Below, one piece after another: positions 7,226-17,060 of a stretch of DNA of 29,536 bases. Position 1 is the stretch's first letter; every line of letters begins with the position of its first letter. The notes below the pieces were generated by a model. The model saw only the letters and a program-made list of their open reading frames with translations, had not been told where the DNA came from and did no database searches. A program made the translations under genes and the position numbers. Source of the stretch: a virus (lineage: Duplodnaviria > Caudoviricetes); IMG/VR virus record IMGVR_UViG_3300027736_000175, positions 1-29,536 of that record; one strand, written 5' to 3'.

Positions 7226-7495
7226 ATGCAACAAGAATTAGTTTTTGATGGAGCTGATTATGTTCATGAAAGAGATGGCAAAAGATTAGCTAAAAACCAT
7301 ATGAAATTAAAAGACCTAATGCAGGATCAAAGGTTTAGAACGCTTAGTGAAATTTCTGCGATTACTCATATTCCAGAAGCTTCAGTTTCGGCAGGTTTGC
7401 GTGATTTTAGAAAAGAAAAGTTTGGTAGGCATACTCTGAATAAAAACTATTTAGAAAATGGCTTATATTCGTACCAATTAATCTTAAATAAATAA
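7226..7495 (+). CDS. winged-helix DNA-binding phage protein
   Basis: LMQDQRFRTLSEISAITHIPEASVSAGLRDFRK HTH followed by a beta-hairpin. Confidence 0.75.
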   Translation: MQQELVFDGADYVHERDGKRLAKNHMKLKDLMQDQRFRTLSEISAITHIPEASVSAGLRDFRKEKFGRHTLNKNYLENGLYSYQLILNK

Positions 7496-7496
7496 C

Positions 7497-7616
7497 ATGG
7501 CAAAACTTACCAATTCAACCAAAATTACCTTTGGTAAACAAAAAACAGGTAGAGCTAAAAAAGCTTATAACAAACACAGCCCAAGACCAAAAGCATACAG
7601 AGGTCAAGGTAGATAA
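7497..7616 (+). CDS. 39-aa highly basic peptide ending YRGQGR, not in ORF track
   Basis: MAKLTNSTKITFGKQKTGRAKKAYNKHSPRPKAYRGQGR; starts 1 nt after the upstream stop. Confidence 0.8.
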   Translation: MAKLTNSTKITFGKQKTGRAKKAYNKHSPRPKAYRGQGR

Positions 7617-7625
7617 AACAAACTT

Positions 7626-7763
7626 ATGAATAATAAAGCTGCTAAAAAATTAAGAAGATTAGCAATTGCTATTGCCGCTGCTAATGGTAAAGTGCAAGAT
7701 TCAGATAGAATCTATAAAAACCTTAAAGTAGTACATAAAGAAAATAAAAAAGCCCCTAAATAA
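7626..7763 (+). CDS. 45-aa basic protein (MNNKAAKKLRRLAIAIAAANG...), not in ORF track
   Basis: A-rich leader, ATG 7626, stop within the terminator hairpin. Confidence 0.75.
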   Translation: MNNKAAKKLRRLAIAIAAANGKVQDSDRIYKNLKVVHKENKKAPK

Positions 7764-7773
7764 GGGGCCTTTT
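7746..7773. terminator. bidirectional intrinsic terminator between convergent genes
   Basis: A6-GCCCCT-AAATA-AGGGGC-CTTTT. Confidence 0.75.
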
Positions 7774-7789
7774 ATAATCTTTTTACAGA

Positions 7790-8035
7790 TTAAGCATTTG
7801 CTGCTGTAAGAATTTGAGCCACTGTAGAAGTAACAATTAATTGTCTGCTTCTTTGATTCAAACCTGTTGGAGGAACTGTGATAACAGCATGAGCTGTAGC
7901 TCCGTTAACAGGATTTGTGCCTGTGTAAGGAACAGCTACGATACCTTGAGCTGGGATAGCCCATACCACTCCGCCTGAAGTTGATGTTGAGTATTGGTTT
8001 ACTTGTAAAACCGTTACTGCGAAAATTTGTGCCAT
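7790..8035 (-). CDS. 81-aa Ala/Thr/Val-rich protein, possible virion decoration protein
   Basis: Likely start ATG 8035 (MAQIFAV) after an AAAACAAAACAAA leader; own TATATTTG box; no Asp or Glu. Confidence 0.7.
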   Translation of the reverse strand: MAQIFAVTVLQVNQYSTSTSGGVVWAIPAQGIVAVPYTGTNPVNGATAHAVITVPPTGLNQRSRQLIVTSTVAQILTAANA

Positions 8036-8076
8036 TTTGTTTTGTTTTAATTGTAATATAATATTATTCGGCACAA

Positions 8077-8120
8077 CAAATATAATAAATTTTGGTAGAT
8101 ATATAAAATCGCTAACTTTG
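8077..8120. promoter_or_regulatory. divergent promoters: TATATTTG (minus, 8077-8084) and TAACTTTG (plus, 8113-8120, TTTG -33 at 8091)
   Basis: Both match TAnnTTTG and precede genes on their own strand. Confidence 0.7.
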
Positions 8121-8138
8121 AATTAAATTAATTAAATT

Positions 8139-8804
8139 ATGAAATTGAAAGCTCCTAGTAATAGAGTAATCATTAAAGTTGACTTAGAAAGTAAAAATAG
8201 CCATACATTTAAAGATGGAACAAAAATAAAATTAGAAAGGGTATATGATAATTTTAATATGCGTTATGTTAAGCCGGTTAATGCGGAAGTAGTTGATGCT
8301 AAAAATATTCCAGTAGGTTCTGAAATATTGATTCATCATAATGCTACACATGATACTTATAAGATTTTTAATTACCAAAGGCCAACAGCTGAGGCTTCTT
8401 CTGATGTTCAATATTTTTCAATACCAGTTGAGGAGTGTTTTATGTGGAGAAGCGAAAAAGGTTCCTCGTGGAACCCTTTGAATAATTTTATTACTGGATT
8501 AAGGATATTTGAGCCATACACAGGTTTTTTGCAAGGAATTGATCCAACATTGATTAAAAATAAAATTTATGTTACAAGCGGAGAGTTAACTGGCAATGTT
8601 GTGGGAACCGTAATATCAAGTGACTATGAAATTATTTATCAAGATGATGATGGAACAGAGGGTAAAATTATAAGATTAAGATATTATCCAGAAGGTAATG
8701 ACAGAAATGAAGTAATTTCTATTGAGCATGAGTTTACTAAAAAAGTAATAAATGGTGAGTTGTTAGTAGGATATAATATTTCAGATGCTAAAAAATTAAA
8801 TTAA
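8139..8804 (+). CDS. divergent GroES-like protein, probably two tandem Cpn10-like domains
   Basis: MKLKAPSNRVIIKV...AEVV...IPVGSEILI resembles GroES (LKPLxDRVxV..GxVV..VKVGDxV); second unit begins WNPLNNFI. Confidence 0.55.
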   Translation: MKLKAPSNRVIIKVDLESKNSHTFKDGTKIKLERVYDNFNMRYVKPVNAEVVDAKNIPVGSEILIHHNATHDTYKIFNYQRPTAEASSDVQYFSIPVEECFMWRSEKGSSWNPLNNFITGLRIFEPYTGFLQGIDPTLIKNKIYVTSGELTGNVVGTVISSDYEIIYQDDDGTEGKIIRLRYYPEGNDRNEVISIEHEFTKKVINGELLVGYNISDAKKLN

Positions 8805-9199
8805 TGTCAGCAGAATTAGAAAAAAAGATAAAAGATTTAGAAAAACAAATTGCTTTTTTACAAGGTAAAAATGCTTATTATGAACAAGATGGAGTTGGTA
8901 AATTATATTATAGTTTACAAAGAAAAGCCAATGAAATGGCTGAATTGCTTAATGATAATAAATTAACAAGTCAAATGTTAAGCCCAGATGATCCAAAGGA
9001 CAAAACATTTGAAAGACTGCAAAAAGTATGGTCAGATGCTGAAAGCGTGTCAACAGCTATAAAATCTCTTGGCGTTTTAGCTGGAATTGGAGTGGAGTCA
9101 AAAGAGGATAAAAAAGAAACTGCACAAGTTAATAAAAAGCCATTTTCTCCAGAAAATATGGCTGATGCCGTTGGAGAATTAGCTGGTAAAAGATATTAA
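8804..9199 (+). CDS. putative terminase small subunit
   Basis: 131-aa helical protein immediately upstream of the large terminase; synteny only. Confidence 0.5.
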   Translation: MSAELEKKIKDLEKQIAFLQGKNAYYEQDGVGKLYYSLQRKANEMAELLNDNKLTSQMLSPDDPKDKTFERLQKVWSDAESVSTAIKSLGVLAGIGVESKEDKKETAQVNKKPFSPENMADAVGELAGKRY

Positions 9200-9201
9200 T
9201 T

Positions 9202-11250
9202 ATGTATGAAAAAATTCAAGGTGGTAGTATTATAGATGTTCAGGGCTTAAAATGCAATTTGCCTGCTGAAGGATATGTATTTAATATAATCACAAAACAA
9301 GTAGAGTTTAGGGGCATACACAAAAGGTCTGAAATTGAATCGGAGCAATATTGGAAAAGAATTTCTTTACCAGATTGGTATCAAGATACCATGAAGAAGT
9401 GGGATGAATTTGATAAGAAAAAGAAAGATGATGAAATTGAATTTTATGATGAAAGATTAGAAGAATATAAAAAACAAGAGTGGGATAGAAGATTAAATGG
9501 ATTTTGGTACATGAATAATGGTAAACCAACATTCTTAACGGGTTTGCATTATTTATACCTACAATGGTGGCCCATAGATATTGGTTATCCTAAATTCCGT
9601 ATTCCAGATTTAGAGAAGTTTTATTTTATGGATTATTGTATTCAAGATCCATTGTGTATGGGTATGCTTGAAGTAACTAAAAGACGTTTTGGTAAATCTT
9701 TTGTGGCTGGGTTATTTGTTTCTGAATATATTACAAGAACCAAAATGACCAATGGTGGTATTCAGTCTAAAACAGGTTCTGATGCCAAAAAATTCTTTGC
9801 CAAAACTGTTGTCAATCCATTTAGAAGGCTTCCCAAGTTTTTTAGACCAGAGTATGATATGTCTTTAGGTGTTAATCCTAAGACTGAGATGAGATTCCAA
9901 AAGACAAATGTAAGAGGTAAAAAAGCAGAAGATAGTGTAGATAAAGATGAATTAGGTTCAATCATTGACCATCAGTCAGCAGATACAGTTGCATATGATG
10001 GACAGAAACTTCATAGATATGTAGCAGATGAGTGTGGTAAAACAACTGAAGTGAATGTATATGACAGACACGAAGTTGTACGTTATTGTTTGCTAGATGA
10101 TGAAGGAAAGATTATTGGCAAAGCATTATATACAACTACTGTTGAAAAGCTAACTACCGAAAAAGATGGGGTTCAAGATGCTTTTAAATTACTTTGGGAA
10201 GAAAGTAACCAAGATAAACGACAAGAAAATGGAACTACTTCTAGCGGTCTTTATAGATTCTTTATGTCTGCAAGGCGTACAAGAAATTTTGATGACTTTG
10301 GATATCCAGATGAAAATAAGACATTAGACCAGATTTTAGCTGATAGAGAAACGGTTAAAAACAATCCAAGGGCATTATCCGCTCGTGTAAGAAAAGAACC
10401 GTTAACTATTGATGAAGCATTTAGTACCGATTCAGATAAGTGTATTTTTAATGTAATGAACATTGGGGCAAGAGAGCAATATTTAAAAGAAAATCCTGTA
10501 TTAAAGCGTCATATTGTTTTTTATCGGGATATTGACCAAACTGTTAGGTGGAGAAATGTTACAGATAAGGAAGAAGATTTTCATTGGGTTATTACTCAGT
10601 TCCCAAAACAAGGGGAAGAAAATAAACATACATTTGATGTTAAAACTAGAAAGCCTGCAAGGACATCTGATGGTGCAATAGCAATTGATGGATATAGTAA
10701 TAGTCAAGGTGGTAAATATGGTTCAAAAGCATCAGCTTGGATTGGCAGAAGGTATGATTTATTGAATCCAGAAACCACAGGAAAAGCAATAGGTCATTTG
10801 TATGGAAGGCCTCAAATTAAGGAAACATTGCATGAGCAAGTATTACTAGCAGCTGAGTTTTATGGGTATCAAGCATGGTATGAGCATAACAGTGATGATT
10901 ACTTATCTTATTTTAGAGATAGAGGAAGGGTTGGGTATTTGGGTTCATATCCATTATCAACAATAGATCCATCTAAAAGAGAAACAGCAGATAGACATAA
11001 GGGTTTCCCGACAACTCCATTTAGTTTGACAAAACAAACCGATGTAGGTATTATGTATTTTGAATCTCATATTGACTCCATAGATTTTGAAAATTTGCTA
11101 GAAGATGCCAAAAAATTTGATCCAAATAACAGAACTGACTTTGACCAAACGGTGTCATTTTTAATGTTAATTGTCTGTTTAATGGAGCCAGTTCAAAAAC
11201 AAATTAAGAGAGAACCATTGGTTAAAAGTTACGCCCCTGTGTTTAATTAA
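9202..11250 (+). CDS. terL: terminase large subunit
   Basis: Walker A KRRFGKS, Walker B YVADE, coupling motif YTTT, nuclease IAIDG and C-terminal FDQTVS. Confidence 0.92.
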   Translation: MYEKIQGGSIIDVQGLKCNLPAEGYVFNIITKQVEFRGIHKRSEIESEQYWKRISLPDWYQDTMKKWDEFDKKKKDDEIEFYDERLEEYKKQEWDRRLNGFWYMNNGKPTFLTGLHYLYLQWWPIDIGYPKFRIPDLEKFYFMDYCIQDPLCMGMLEVTKRRFGKSFVAGLFVSEYITRTKMTNGGIQSKTGSDAKKFFAKTVVNPFRRLPKFFRPEYDMSLGVNPKTEMRFQKTNVRGKKAEDSVDKDELGSIIDHQSADTVAYDGQKLHRYVADECGKTTEVNVYDRHEVVRYCLLDDEGKIIGKALYTTTVEKLTTEKDGVQDAFKLLWEESNQDKRQENGTTSSGLYRFFMSARRTRNFDDFGYPDENKTLDQILADRETVKNNPRALSARVRKEPLTIDEAFSTDSDKCIFNVMNIGAREQYLKENPVLKRHIVFYRDIDQTVRWRNVTDKEEDFHWVITQFPKQGEENKHTFDVKTRKPARTSDGAIAIDGYSNSQGGKYGSKASAWIGRRYDLLNPETTGKAIGHLYGRPQIKETLHEQVLLAAEFYGYQAWYEHNSDDYLSYFRDRGRVGYLGSYPLSTIDPSKRETADRHKGFPTTPFSLTKQTDVGIMYFESHIDSIDFENLLEDAKKFDPNNRTDFDQTVSFLMLIVCLMEPVQKQIKREPLVKSYAPVFN

Positions 11251-11280
11251 TTAAAAATTTTACCAAATTCTTAATATTTA

Positions 11281-11289
11281 GTATATTTG
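11281..11289 (+). promoter_or_regulatory. GTATATTTG promoter box for the portal-capsid operon
   Basis: TAnnTTTG 19 nt upstream of the portal start. Confidence 0.7.
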
Positions 11290-11308
11290 ACAACAAAATA
11301 CAATCAAA

Positions 11309-13684
11309 TTGGCAGATAGTCCTTTATCAATATCCGCAGCAAATAGTAATGGAGAAGCCTTAAAAAAGTTTCAAATTACTACAGATGTGTCGTCTAAAAA
11401 AGACTATGCATATGGTAAAAATGTTGCACAAAGCATCTACTCTACAATTTACGGTAACCAAACTTATTTTTGGTTAAGAAATAATAGATTTAGAAAAAAT
11501 AGACAAATTGCAAACGGTAAAATAGACATGAGTGTGTTTATGGATCGTTTGGAAATGAATAGCAAAGCTAACTTTGTAAATATAAATTGGAAATCAATTA
11601 TTATTGGTAATACAATTGTTGCAAGATTAGTTGGTTCGTGGATGAGTAGAAGTGAAAAAGTTACAGTTACCGCTACAGATAGCGCATCTGCAATGCTTAA
11701 AAAATCAGCAGCAGATGAAGCTGAATTTATTTATCAAAATAAAGAAATACTTTCTCAGTTACAACAAGAGTCAGGTATTCCAATTATTCCACAAGATCAA
11801 TTTATTGCAGAAGATAAAGATGAATTAGATAGATGGATTACTGAGTTTAATCATTTACCAGAAGAAATACAATATAGCATTGGATGTAATAATGTATTAG
11901 AAGCTAATGGATGGAATGATGTTTTAAAACAAAGATTATTACATGATTCAGCAGAAGTTGGATTAGTGTGTACTTATACTTGGATGGATGAAGAAGGTGA
12001 GGTTCATGTTCAATGGATTAGACCTGAAAATGCAATTTATTCTTATTCTGATTTCCCAGATTTTAGAGATACTACTTATAGAGGTCATATTTTATCAATG
12101 AAAGTTAGTGAAATTAGAGCAAGATATAGTATTGCAGCTGGTGGAACATTAACAGAGGAAGATATATTTCAATTAGCAACATCATCAAAAGAATATCAAT
12201 TAACAGATAAGATTAAGTGGATGCAAGATTGGAATGTTGCTTGGTTAAGACCTTATGATGAATGGAATATTGATATGATGCAGTTTGAAATTAGAACATT
12301 AGATTCTGATGGATATACTGTTACTAAGACTAAAAAGAATGGCAGCACTATTATTAGAAAAGGTAAGCCAGAAAAATTAGATGAGAATCAAGAATATGTA
12401 GAAGAGAAAAAATGGAATATATATCATGGTGTATATTGTCCAGTTACTCAAAAAATGATTCAGTGGGGTATTAAAAAGAATATGATTCGCCCACAAGATC
12501 CAAAAGAATTAGGAAACGCAGAGTTTTCATATAGCTTTTATATGTACGATCCATACGATATGCGTAATGTGGCCGTACCTGAAAAAATTGAAGAGCCAAT
12601 TGAACAAATGATTTTGGCTAGGTTGAAAATACAACAAATGGTTGCTAAGATGGTACCAGCAGGTGCTTCTATTGATGTAGATGCATTGCAAGAACTAGAC
12701 TTAGGATTAGGGGATTCCGTAAAGCCATTAGATGTTCAAAAAATTTGGGAACAAACTGGTAAACTTTACTATCGTGGTAGAGATGCAGAAGGAAATAGAA
12801 TTCCTGTTCCAATTACTGAATTAGCTAATACTGGTTTTGCTCCTCAATTACAAGCGTTAATTCAATTATATCAATTTCATTATCAAGTCTTAAAAGATGA
12901 GTTAGGAGAAGATCCTAATTTAATGAATCAAGCCGCACAACCAAGAGTTGCTGCATCTAATATTCAAGCTTCACAACAACTAGCAAATAACGCAACAGAA
13001 TATATGTATGATGCATATATTTATGTGATGGAAGAAACATCTAAAAAAATAGCATGTTTATTAAATAAAAGCGTTACTTATGGAGCTAAAAAATATAGAG
13101 ATTTATTAAAACAAGAAGATGTAAAAGATAGAAATTTTGTTGCTACAGTTAGAATGATGCCACAAGCTCAAGAGGTTGCTAATTTACAAATCATGATGAA
13201 TAATGCTATTGCATCAAATCCTCAATTGGTTATGTATTTAGATCCATTTAAGGTTATGAGAATAGCTAAAGAAAATGTTGAATTAGCTGAGTTATATTTT
13301 AGACAAGCTCAAAAAAGATTTATAAAAACAGAGCAAGAAAATGCTCAAAATAATTCACAACAAAATGCTGAAGCTCAACAAGCAAGTATTCAAGCTAAAA
13401 TGGAAGCTGATACTACTTTGGATGGAAAAAGAGCATTGGCAAGAGAGAAAGAGATTATTTTACAAGGTGTTTTTGACCTTGCTAAAGCAAATCTTCCAAT
13501 TCCTCCAGAATTACAACAACTTGTGTCTGATATGTTGCAAAATGTGACAGTTCCGATTGAGGTTCAAAATCAACAGCAACAACAAGCTTTAGCTCAACAA
13601 CAACAACAACAAATGCAGCAACAACAAGGACAAGAACAAATGGCTCCTGAACAAGAACAACAACCTCAATTACAAGAACAATAA
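11309..13684 (+). CDS. portal protein (TTG start, Gln-rich C-terminus)
   Basis: 791 aa after terL; VNINWK, helical coiled C-terminus as in P22/crAss-like portals. Confidence 0.85.
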   Translation: MADSPLSISAANSNGEALKKFQITTDVSSKKDYAYGKNVAQSIYSTIYGNQTYFWLRNNRFRKNRQIANGKIDMSVFMDRLEMNSKANFVNINWKSIIIGNTIVARLVGSWMSRSEKVTVTATDSASAMLKKSAADEAEFIYQNKEILSQLQQESGIPIIPQDQFIAEDKDELDRWITEFNHLPEEIQYSIGCNNVLEANGWNDVLKQRLLHDSAEVGLVCTYTWMDEEGEVHVQWIRPENAIYSYSDFPDFRDTTYRGHILSMKVSEIRARYSIAAGGTLTEEDIFQLATSSKEYQLTDKIKWMQDWNVAWLRPYDEWNIDMMQFEIRTLDSDGYTVTKTKKNGSTIIRKGKPEKLDENQEYVEEKKWNIYHGVYCPVTQKMIQWGIKKNMIRPQDPKELGNAEFSYSFYMYDPYDMRNVAVPEKIEEPIEQMILARLKIQQMVAKMVPAGASIDVDALQELDLGLGDSVKPLDVQKIWEQTGKLYYRGRDAEGNRIPVPITELANTGFAPQLQALIQLYQFHYQVLKDELGEDPNLMNQAAQPRVAASNIQASQQLANNATEYMYDAYIYVMEETSKKIACLLNKSVTYGAKKYRDLLKQEDVKDRNFVATVRMMPQAQEVANLQIMMNNAIASNPQLVMYLDPFKVMRIAKENVELAELYFRQAQKRFIKTEQENAQNNSQQNAEAQQASIQAKMEADTTLDGKRALAREKEIILQGVFDLAKANLPIPPELQQLVSDMLQNVTVPIEVQNQQQQQALAQQQQQQMQQQQGQEQMAPEQEQQPQLQEQ
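13570..13681 (+). repeat. CAA-rich low-complexity (poly-Gln) tract
   Basis: QQQQQALAQQQQQQMQQQQGQEQ... read directly. Confidence 0.85.
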
Positions 13685-13699
13685 AAATAAATAAATAAA

Positions 13700-14338
13700 A
13701 TGGCAACATCAATAAGTAAGCTATTAATTAGACTTCAAAAATTCAGTTCAAAAATAAGTAAGGTTGTAGATGCAACCGAAAGTTTTAATGTGGGTGGATT
13801 CTATATCCAAGATTTATCAGGGTGGGATTCAGCAGTAGTTCAGTTTGGTACAATATCAGCTGAAGGTACAATTACTTTTTATACTACCAATGATGACGGA
13901 AGCGTAAACGCAGGTCAGTTATTACCAGCTCCAGAAGTTCCAGATAATTTTATACCGGTAAAAGGAGTTGATTTGGCAACAAAAGGTGATGTATTAGTTG
14001 CTAGCAATGATTCAATTGTTGAATTTGGGATTATTGGTAAATATTTATCATTATCAGGAGATACTATAGTTTATCCGTTAAGTTATGCTTATGTGTTATC
14101 AAAAAATACATATTCAACACCTCAAGAAGCTTATAATGTAGGTGTTTTACAAGGAACTGAAATAGTATATACAACAACTTCTACATTATCAAATTCAAAT
14201 ATACTTTTTGCTGATAGTAGATTAACTCAGCCAATTTATGGTGACGGAACTAGTTGGTATGGTATTTCTTTACTTACAAATGATAGCGTAAAATATGCTA
14301 TAACTATTGATGGCGAAGCTGCTATAGTTATAGATTAA
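13700..14338 (+). CDS. putative virion structural/decoration protein
   Basis: Beta-rich S/T/G/Y composition; lies between portal and scaffold. Confidence 0.55.
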   Translation: MATSISKLLIRLQKFSSKISKVVDATESFNVGGFYIQDLSGWDSAVVQFGTISAEGTITFYTTNDDGSVNAGQLLPAPEVPDNFIPVKGVDLATKGDVLVASNDSIVEFGIIGKYLSLSGDTIVYPLSYAYVLSKNTYSTPQEAYNVGVLQGTEIVYTTTSTLSNSNILFADSRLTQPIYGDGTSWYGISLLTNDSVKYAITIDGEAAIVID

Positions 14339-14361
14339 AAATAGAAACCAAATAAGCATTT

Positions 14362-15519
14362 ATGCCAGAGAATAACCCAGCAGCTCCAATTGAGCTTGCA
14401 GAAGGCTTCAATCCGTTTTCGGATGATAATGCACCGAAAGTGCAACCTAAGATAGAAGAAGCCCCTATCTTAACAAATGAGCCAGCACAAGCAGCTCCTC
14501 CTCAACAAGAGGAAATAAAAGTAGAGGAACAAACACCTACTCAATCATTTGATCCTAATCAGTTTGTTAAAGAAAGATTTGGATATGAAAGTGTAGAGCA
14601 AGCTGAACAAGAATTTAAAAAATTTAAAGAGAAGCCAAGTTTTGAATTTAAGGATGATGTTAGTAAGACTTTATTTGATGCCATTAGGGAAGGAAAAGCA
14701 GATGATGTTTATGAAGTTTTAAATCAACAAAAAAGATTAGATAGATTAACAACTGCTGAATTAAATGCTGAAATAGCTGCTGAAATAGTTAAAACTAATA
14801 TTAAAAACAAACACAAAGATTTATCATCAGAAGATGTTGACCTTTTATTTTATGATCAATTTTATGTACCTTTGAAACCAGAACAAGGTTATGATGAAAC
14901 TGATGATGATTACGCTGTAAAAGTTAAGCAATGGCAATCACAAGCTGATTACATTGAAAGAAGATTGATGATTGAGGCTAAGGTTCTTAGACCTGAATTA
15001 GCAAAGTTAAAAAGTGAAATAGTATTACCAGATATTTATAATGAAGCTGAGTTTAGGGCGCAATCTCAACAAGAAGAAGAGATGATGCAACAAGCAAGGT
15101 CAATTTATGAAAAAACTCTTAATTCTGATTTCCAATCCTTCAATGGATTTAATGTATCGGTAAAAGACGCGGATGTTGAAATACCAATTACATTTAATGT
15201 AGGTGAAGAAGAAAGATTGGCAATGAAGAATGATTTGGAAGATTTTGACAGTGACTCGTATTTTGATAATAGATGGTTTACCGAGGATGGTAAGCCAAAA
15301 GTTCAACAGATAATGGCAGATAAATATTTGCTAGAGAATCGTGACAAAATATTTTCAAAAATAGCAAATGAAGCTGCATCTCAAAGATTGTTAGCTCATT
15401 TAAAAAACAATGGGAATATAAATATCAACCAAACACCCACTCCACAAGGAGCGAAACCAGATCTCAATGGCACAGAAGCTGAAAGGCTAAGAATGGCAGA
15501 ATGGGCATTTAGTTCGTAA
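14362..15519 (+). CDS. putative capsid scaffolding protein
   Basis: Acidic, disordered N-terminus, helical; immediately before the major capsid gene. Confidence 0.7.
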   Translation: MPENNPAAPIELAEGFNPFSDDNAPKVQPKIEEAPILTNEPAQAAPPQQEEIKVEEQTPTQSFDPNQFVKERFGYESVEQAEQEFKKFKEKPSFEFKDDVSKTLFDAIREGKADDVYEVLNQQKRLDRLTTAELNAEIAAEIVKTNIKNKHKDLSSEDVDLLFYDQFYVPLKPEQGYDETDDDYAVKVKQWQSQADYIERRLMIEAKVLRPELAKLKSEIVLPDIYNEAEFRAQSQQEEEMMQQARSIYEKTLNSDFQSFNGFNVSVKDADVEIPITFNVGEEERLAMKNDLEDFDSDSYFDNRWFTEDGKPKVQQIMADKYLLENRDKIFSKIANEAASQRLLAHLKNNGNININQTPTPQGAKPDLNGTEAERLRMAEWAFSS

Positions 15520-15566
15520 CTTGGTATTGCCTTTGGAGGAGGCGTAAAAAATAAAAATTCAATATT

Positions 15567-16979
15567 ATGGCAGGAATACCTACCTCAAATATTTTGCAGC
15601 CGGGTGCTATCTCGTTGCAAACCCAGAATAGACAACTTATGGTTGATCTACAATTATTAACACCACAGTATTACAAGCAATACACTCAAAAGTATGGCAA
15701 TGAAGATTTTACTTGGTGGTTAGCTGCTCATAGTGGCATGGAAGAAGTTAAAAACTTAAACTACTTCTGGTTTGAAAACCGCGGTAAATTAATGCCGGGT
15801 GTTACAAACGAAAATACAGTGGTTGCTGCAACTGGTGCAACTTTGACTTTAACTTTAGGACAAGAAGCTTACTACAACAGTGGTACTCAAACTCCTTTAA
15901 GAGTTAATGAAACTTTGCGTGTTGCTTCTTCAAACATTGAAGGGGTTATCATCTCTATTGATGATACTACACCTTATGCATGGACTTTTGAAGTTGCTCC
16001 TAAGCAAACTTCTCAAGCTTTTGCTTCAGCTGGTTCTGGTTCATTATTAGCTGGTGAGGTTTTATTATTCGGTGGTGATGCAGATGCTGGTGAAGCTTCT
16101 CAACAAATCAATCCTTTGATCCAATTAGACGAAAGATATGATAACTATGTAACAGAAATTCGTGATGGTTGGTCTAACACCGACTTAGCGCAAATGGCTG
16201 AAACATATTATGAGTTCCCTGTATCTCCAGATATGGCTCAAAATGGTGTTACTGCATTTACCTACAAAGGTATGTACAAAACATTGGTACGTTTCAAGAA
16301 CAACGTAGAAGCTAAATTAATGCGTGGTAATTTACAAAATAACACTGCTATTGATTCTAACTCTCAAGGTTCTGTAGGTATCATACCTAAAGTTGTTGCT
16401 GACGGCGAAACTGTTGGTTACACTCCGGGTACTTTGGATATCGCTAAATTACACGAAATCACTCGTATCATGGATGTTAATGGTTGTGCTAAGCAATCTG
16501 CTTGGTTAACTGATATCTTCCAAAGACAAGATTTCTCTGATGGTATCTTTGCTGCTTACCCAGCTGGTGCTTTTGTTTATGGACAAGGCGAGAAGTCAAA
16601 AGAAGCTTCTGTTGCTTATGGTTTCCAAGAAATCTTTATTGATGGATATTTATTATCTGTTAAAAAGTACGCTCAATTCAACACTGAGGTTACAACTGGT
16701 TTAACTCCAAATGTAGATTACTTCCGTAATTTTGGTTTAATCTATCCAATGGGAGAAACTAAGGATGCGAAAACCGCTCAAGTTTACAAGAATATCACTA
16801 TTATGTATCAACAACCTCCTCAAGGTGGTACTGTTGGTAACGGTATTCGCGTATGGCAATATGGTGGTGGATCTCCTAATCCAACAGATGGTACAATGAC
16901 TAATCAAATTGCGATGATCACTTATCGTGGTACTCGTGTTTGTGCAGCAAACCAATTCATCATCGTTCAAGGTAACTAA
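15567..16979 (+). CDS. major capsid protein
   Basis: 470 aa; YFWFEN, long insertion domain, C-terminal TYRGTRVCAANQF like Bacteroidota podovirus MCPs; many TTC/AAC/ATC/CGT codons suggesting high expression. Confidence 0.85.
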   Translation: MAGIPTSNILQPGAISLQTQNRQLMVDLQLLTPQYYKQYTQKYGNEDFTWWLAAHSGMEEVKNLNYFWFENRGKLMPGVTNENTVVAATGATLTLTLGQEAYYNSGTQTPLRVNETLRVASSNIEGVIISIDDTTPYAWTFEVAPKQTSQAFASAGSGSLLAGEVLLFGGDADAGEASQQINPLIQLDERYDNYVTEIRDGWSNTDLAQMAETYYEFPVSPDMAQNGVTAFTYKGMYKTLVRFKNNVEAKLMRGNLQNNTAIDSNSQGSVGIIPKVVADGETVGYTPGTLDIAKLHEITRIMDVNGCAKQSAWLTDIFQRQDFSDGIFAAYPAGAFVYGQGEKSKEASVAYGFQEIFIDGYLLSVKKYAQFNTEVTTGLTPNVDYFRNFGLIYPMGETKDAKTAQVYKNITIMYQQPPQGGTVGNGIRVWQYGGGSPNPTDGTMTNQIAMITYRGTRVCAANQFIIVQGN

Positions 16980-17004
16980 TTAGTTATTAGAACATTTTAA
17001 TTAT

Positions 17005-17042
17005 GGTAGGGGCAACTTTATTGATTGCCTCTACCTATTTTA
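17005..17042 (+). terminator. hairpin after the major capsid gene (terminator or stabiliser)
   Basis: GGTAGGGGCAA / TTGCCTCTACC 11-bp stem followed by TATTTT. Confidence 0.65.
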
Positions 17043-17060
17043 ACATTTAAAAAACCATTT

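Noticed and set aside
13570-13681. Portal poly-Gln tract as a contingency locus
   Set aside because: Gln-rich C-termini are common in podovirus portals and the CAA runs are interrupted
15529-15545. Small GC hairpin (GCCT...AGGC) in the capsid leader
   Set aside because: Stem too short to support a regulatory call without comparative data
16973-16986. Perfect palindrome TAACTAATTAGTTA over the capsid stop codon
   Set aside because: Single AT-rich occurrence, plausible by chance
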